Of a stretch of DNA of 64,000 nt, positions 58,501 through 61,500 are shown one piece after another. Made by a program: the position numbers and the translations under genes. Positions within the stretch are counted from its first letter, which is position 1. Each line of letters opens with the position of its first letter. The DNA comes from Planctomyces sp. (GTDB lineage: Bacteria; Planctomycetota; Planctomycetia; Planctomycetales; Planctomycetaceae), in the NCBI GenBank assembly GCA_005798445.1, contig SYJG01000071.1, forward strand, positions 3,452 to 67,451, read 5' to 3'. The notes beneath the pieces were generated by a model that had not been told where the DNA came from, made no database searches, and saw only the letters and a program-made list of their open reading frames with translations.

Positions 58501-61500
58501 GGGATTCCAGATGCGATTGCCGTTGCTGTCCAAGGCGTCGAAATCGAGCTGCACTTGGGCGTCAAACGTGAAGTTGCCGCTATTCTCGGTCAGCCGCGTG
58601 ATGAGATGATGTCCGGAGAAGACACCACCCGGCTCGGTGACGAAGTCGACGTTGATCTGATCGTTCTTGTTCGAGCCACCGTAGTACCAGACTTTGTCCG
58701 TGGACTTGGCATACGCCTTCCACTCATCGCCAGCGAGCCCGCCATCGGCTCCGGTGAAGAGTTCGCCACGACGGTTGTAAAGCCGATCGACCCGGCTGGG
58801 GTCCGTGTTCTCGTTTCCGTACAGAAAATCGAGACCGGTGCCGCCATACAATGAGTCCTGCACCGTGCCGCCGAGCACGCGATTGAGTCCGGTATCCTCC
58901 AGAGTTCGCGCCGGCAAAGCCGTGCCGTCGATCAGTCCATCGGGAATCGGATTGCCCGCCTCATCAAACGCTCCGGTGAAGTCTCCGTTGTCGTCGTAGA
59001 ACAATCCCGCTTGATCGACGAACACACCGAATTGCGTGTCGCCCGCCGGCTGCGGATCAATCGACCACGCGAACAGCGCGTTCGTGCCCTGGCCACCCAA
59101 CAGGTCGTCATGTCCTTGTCCGCCGTAGAGGATGTCGTGATCGCCGAGGTTGCCCTGTCCGGTGCCGCCGTCGCCCCAAAGTTGATCGTCGCCGGCGAAT
59201 CCGTAGATCACGTCGCTGCCGAAGCCGCCATCCAACCGATCGCGGCTGTTCGTACCGCGCATGGTGTCGTTACCCGGCCCGCCGTCGATCACGCCCACCC
59301 AATCGTCCGTCCGATCGGTGATAGACGTGAAGTCGAGTGCGTCAGTCCCCGTCACGAAGGAGATGTTGTCGTTGCCGCCCAATCCCGAGATGCGGAATTG
59401 TTCGACCAGCGGACGGCCATGCGGGTTGAGGCTATCGGGAGCAATCCGCCAAGTGGCAAACAGATTTCGCACCACACCGGGACCGGCCTGATAATCCACT
59501 TGCAAATCCGTCGCGACGGCGAGCCGTTGTTTCAACGTGATGGTGTCATTCGCCGTCGTTCCTTCGACGAGCAGAATGTCCGTCGCACTATCATCGGCTT
59601 TGTCTCGGAGCATTTCGTTGCCGCCATGCCCATCGAAGGCGTCATACGATGGAGCCGAGTAATCGGGCGACACATCCAGCACGAACAGGTCAATGCCGCT
59701 GCCACCGTACTCAATGTCGTCACCGTTCTGGCCTTCGATCCAATCGGAATCGGTGCCGCCCCACATCAAATCGTTGCCGCCGCCGCCGTACAACTTGTCC
59801 TCACCGCTGCCGCCAAACATCGAGTCGGCCGCGCCGGTCAAATCCGCGCTATCGTTGGTCGCGTAGCCCGGCCCGCGCAGATAGTCGCCAAAGATCGAAT
59901 CGTTACCGGTCTCGCCAAAGAACAAGTCCTGGCGCAGATTGCCGTACAGCCAATCGCCGCCGCCGCCGCCATGCAGTTCATCACCCTTTTCAATCGCGTT
60001 GGCAGCCACATCGAAACTCGGTGCGTAGGCCCACAAGTAGTCGATGCCCGGACCGCCCCAGAGCCGTTGCCCGACTTGACTGCCGCTCGCATCGCCCGCG
60101 TCGGCGAACAAATTGTCGGCTCCCGAATCTCCATAGAGCTGATCGATCCCCGCGTTGCCGCGCAACACATCGTCATTGGCTCCGCCGCGCACAACGTCGT
60201 CGCCGGAACCGCCATGCACTTCATCGTTCCCCGCGCCACCATCGACGTAGTCCTGATCGCTTCCGCCATCGACTAAGTCCGCTTCGCCGCCGCCGAAGAC
60301 GAAGTCGATATTCGCGCCGCCATCAATCGTGTCTTTCCCGTCGTTGATGTCGCCATCCAGCGACAACCCCGCGACGATCACCGGCACGATCCGCGGTAGG
60401 ACGTAGCCGTTGAGGCTCATCGGTTCTGAATCCGGCGCGGCCGTCGCCACCGTGAAGAGGTCCAAACTCGAAAGGTCAAAGAACGCACGACCAAACGTGG
60501 CCGTGCCGCCCCACAGGATGTCGCTCTCCGTGTCCCCTTGCAGCAAATCGTTACCGGTTCCTCCCTGCAACAAATCGATTCCCGTCCCACCGTTGAGCGT
60601 GTCTTTCCCGGCGTCGCCAAATCCATCGTCGTTCCCATCGCCACCGGCGATCGAATCATCATCCTCGCCGCCAAACAGAACATCGTTCCCGGCGTCACCA
60701 GCCAGCACATCGTTGCCTTGCTCGCCCTGCAACTCGTCGGCCCCGTCGTCGCCATGAATGACGTCGTTCTCCGTGCCGCCGAACAGCACGTCAGTTCCCG
60801 CTCCACCATTCAGCGTGTCGTTGCCCGCTTCACCGAATACCTGGTCGGTGTCGTCGCCTCCGACAATGGAATCGTTGTCCGCGCCACCATGCAGTTCGTC
60901 CTGGCCGTTGTCGCCGAACAGTGTGTCGGTTCCCGCATCGCCGAATACGAGGTCATTGCCACCGAATCCATGCAGTTCATCGTTGTCGTTGCCGCCATAG
61001 ATCGAATCCCGCGAAGCGCCGGCGGTGATCATGTCATTGCCCAAACCGCCGTCGTACCGAGTGGAGTGAGTCCCCGAGTTGCCGTTCATCGAGTCCGCGC
61101 CGGCATCGCCGAACACCAGCAGCTCGGCGCTGGCCATTTGCATCGCCGTCACGAACAACTGGTCGTCGCCCGGATTGCCGTGGACCTCGGTCGCAACGTT
61201 GGACGCAACACCGGAAACCGTGAACGTGTCGCCCGCCAAGCCCATGTAAACGATCAGTTTTTCAATCGTTTGATATGACGCGCCCCCGGCGCTTTGTCCC
61301 AAGCCGAAGAGCGTCGTGCCGGTCAGCGAGCCGGTGTTTGCCAGACCGTCGCCCGAATCATCGGCAACGAGCGTGTCGGTTCCCGAACCGCCGTTGACGA
61401 TGATCGCCGCACGCATTTGATTGAGCGTTCCGCCCGCGTCGCTTTTCAGAGTGTCGCTTTCTGGCGTGGCCTTGCTGCCGAGAAACACCGCGTCATTCCC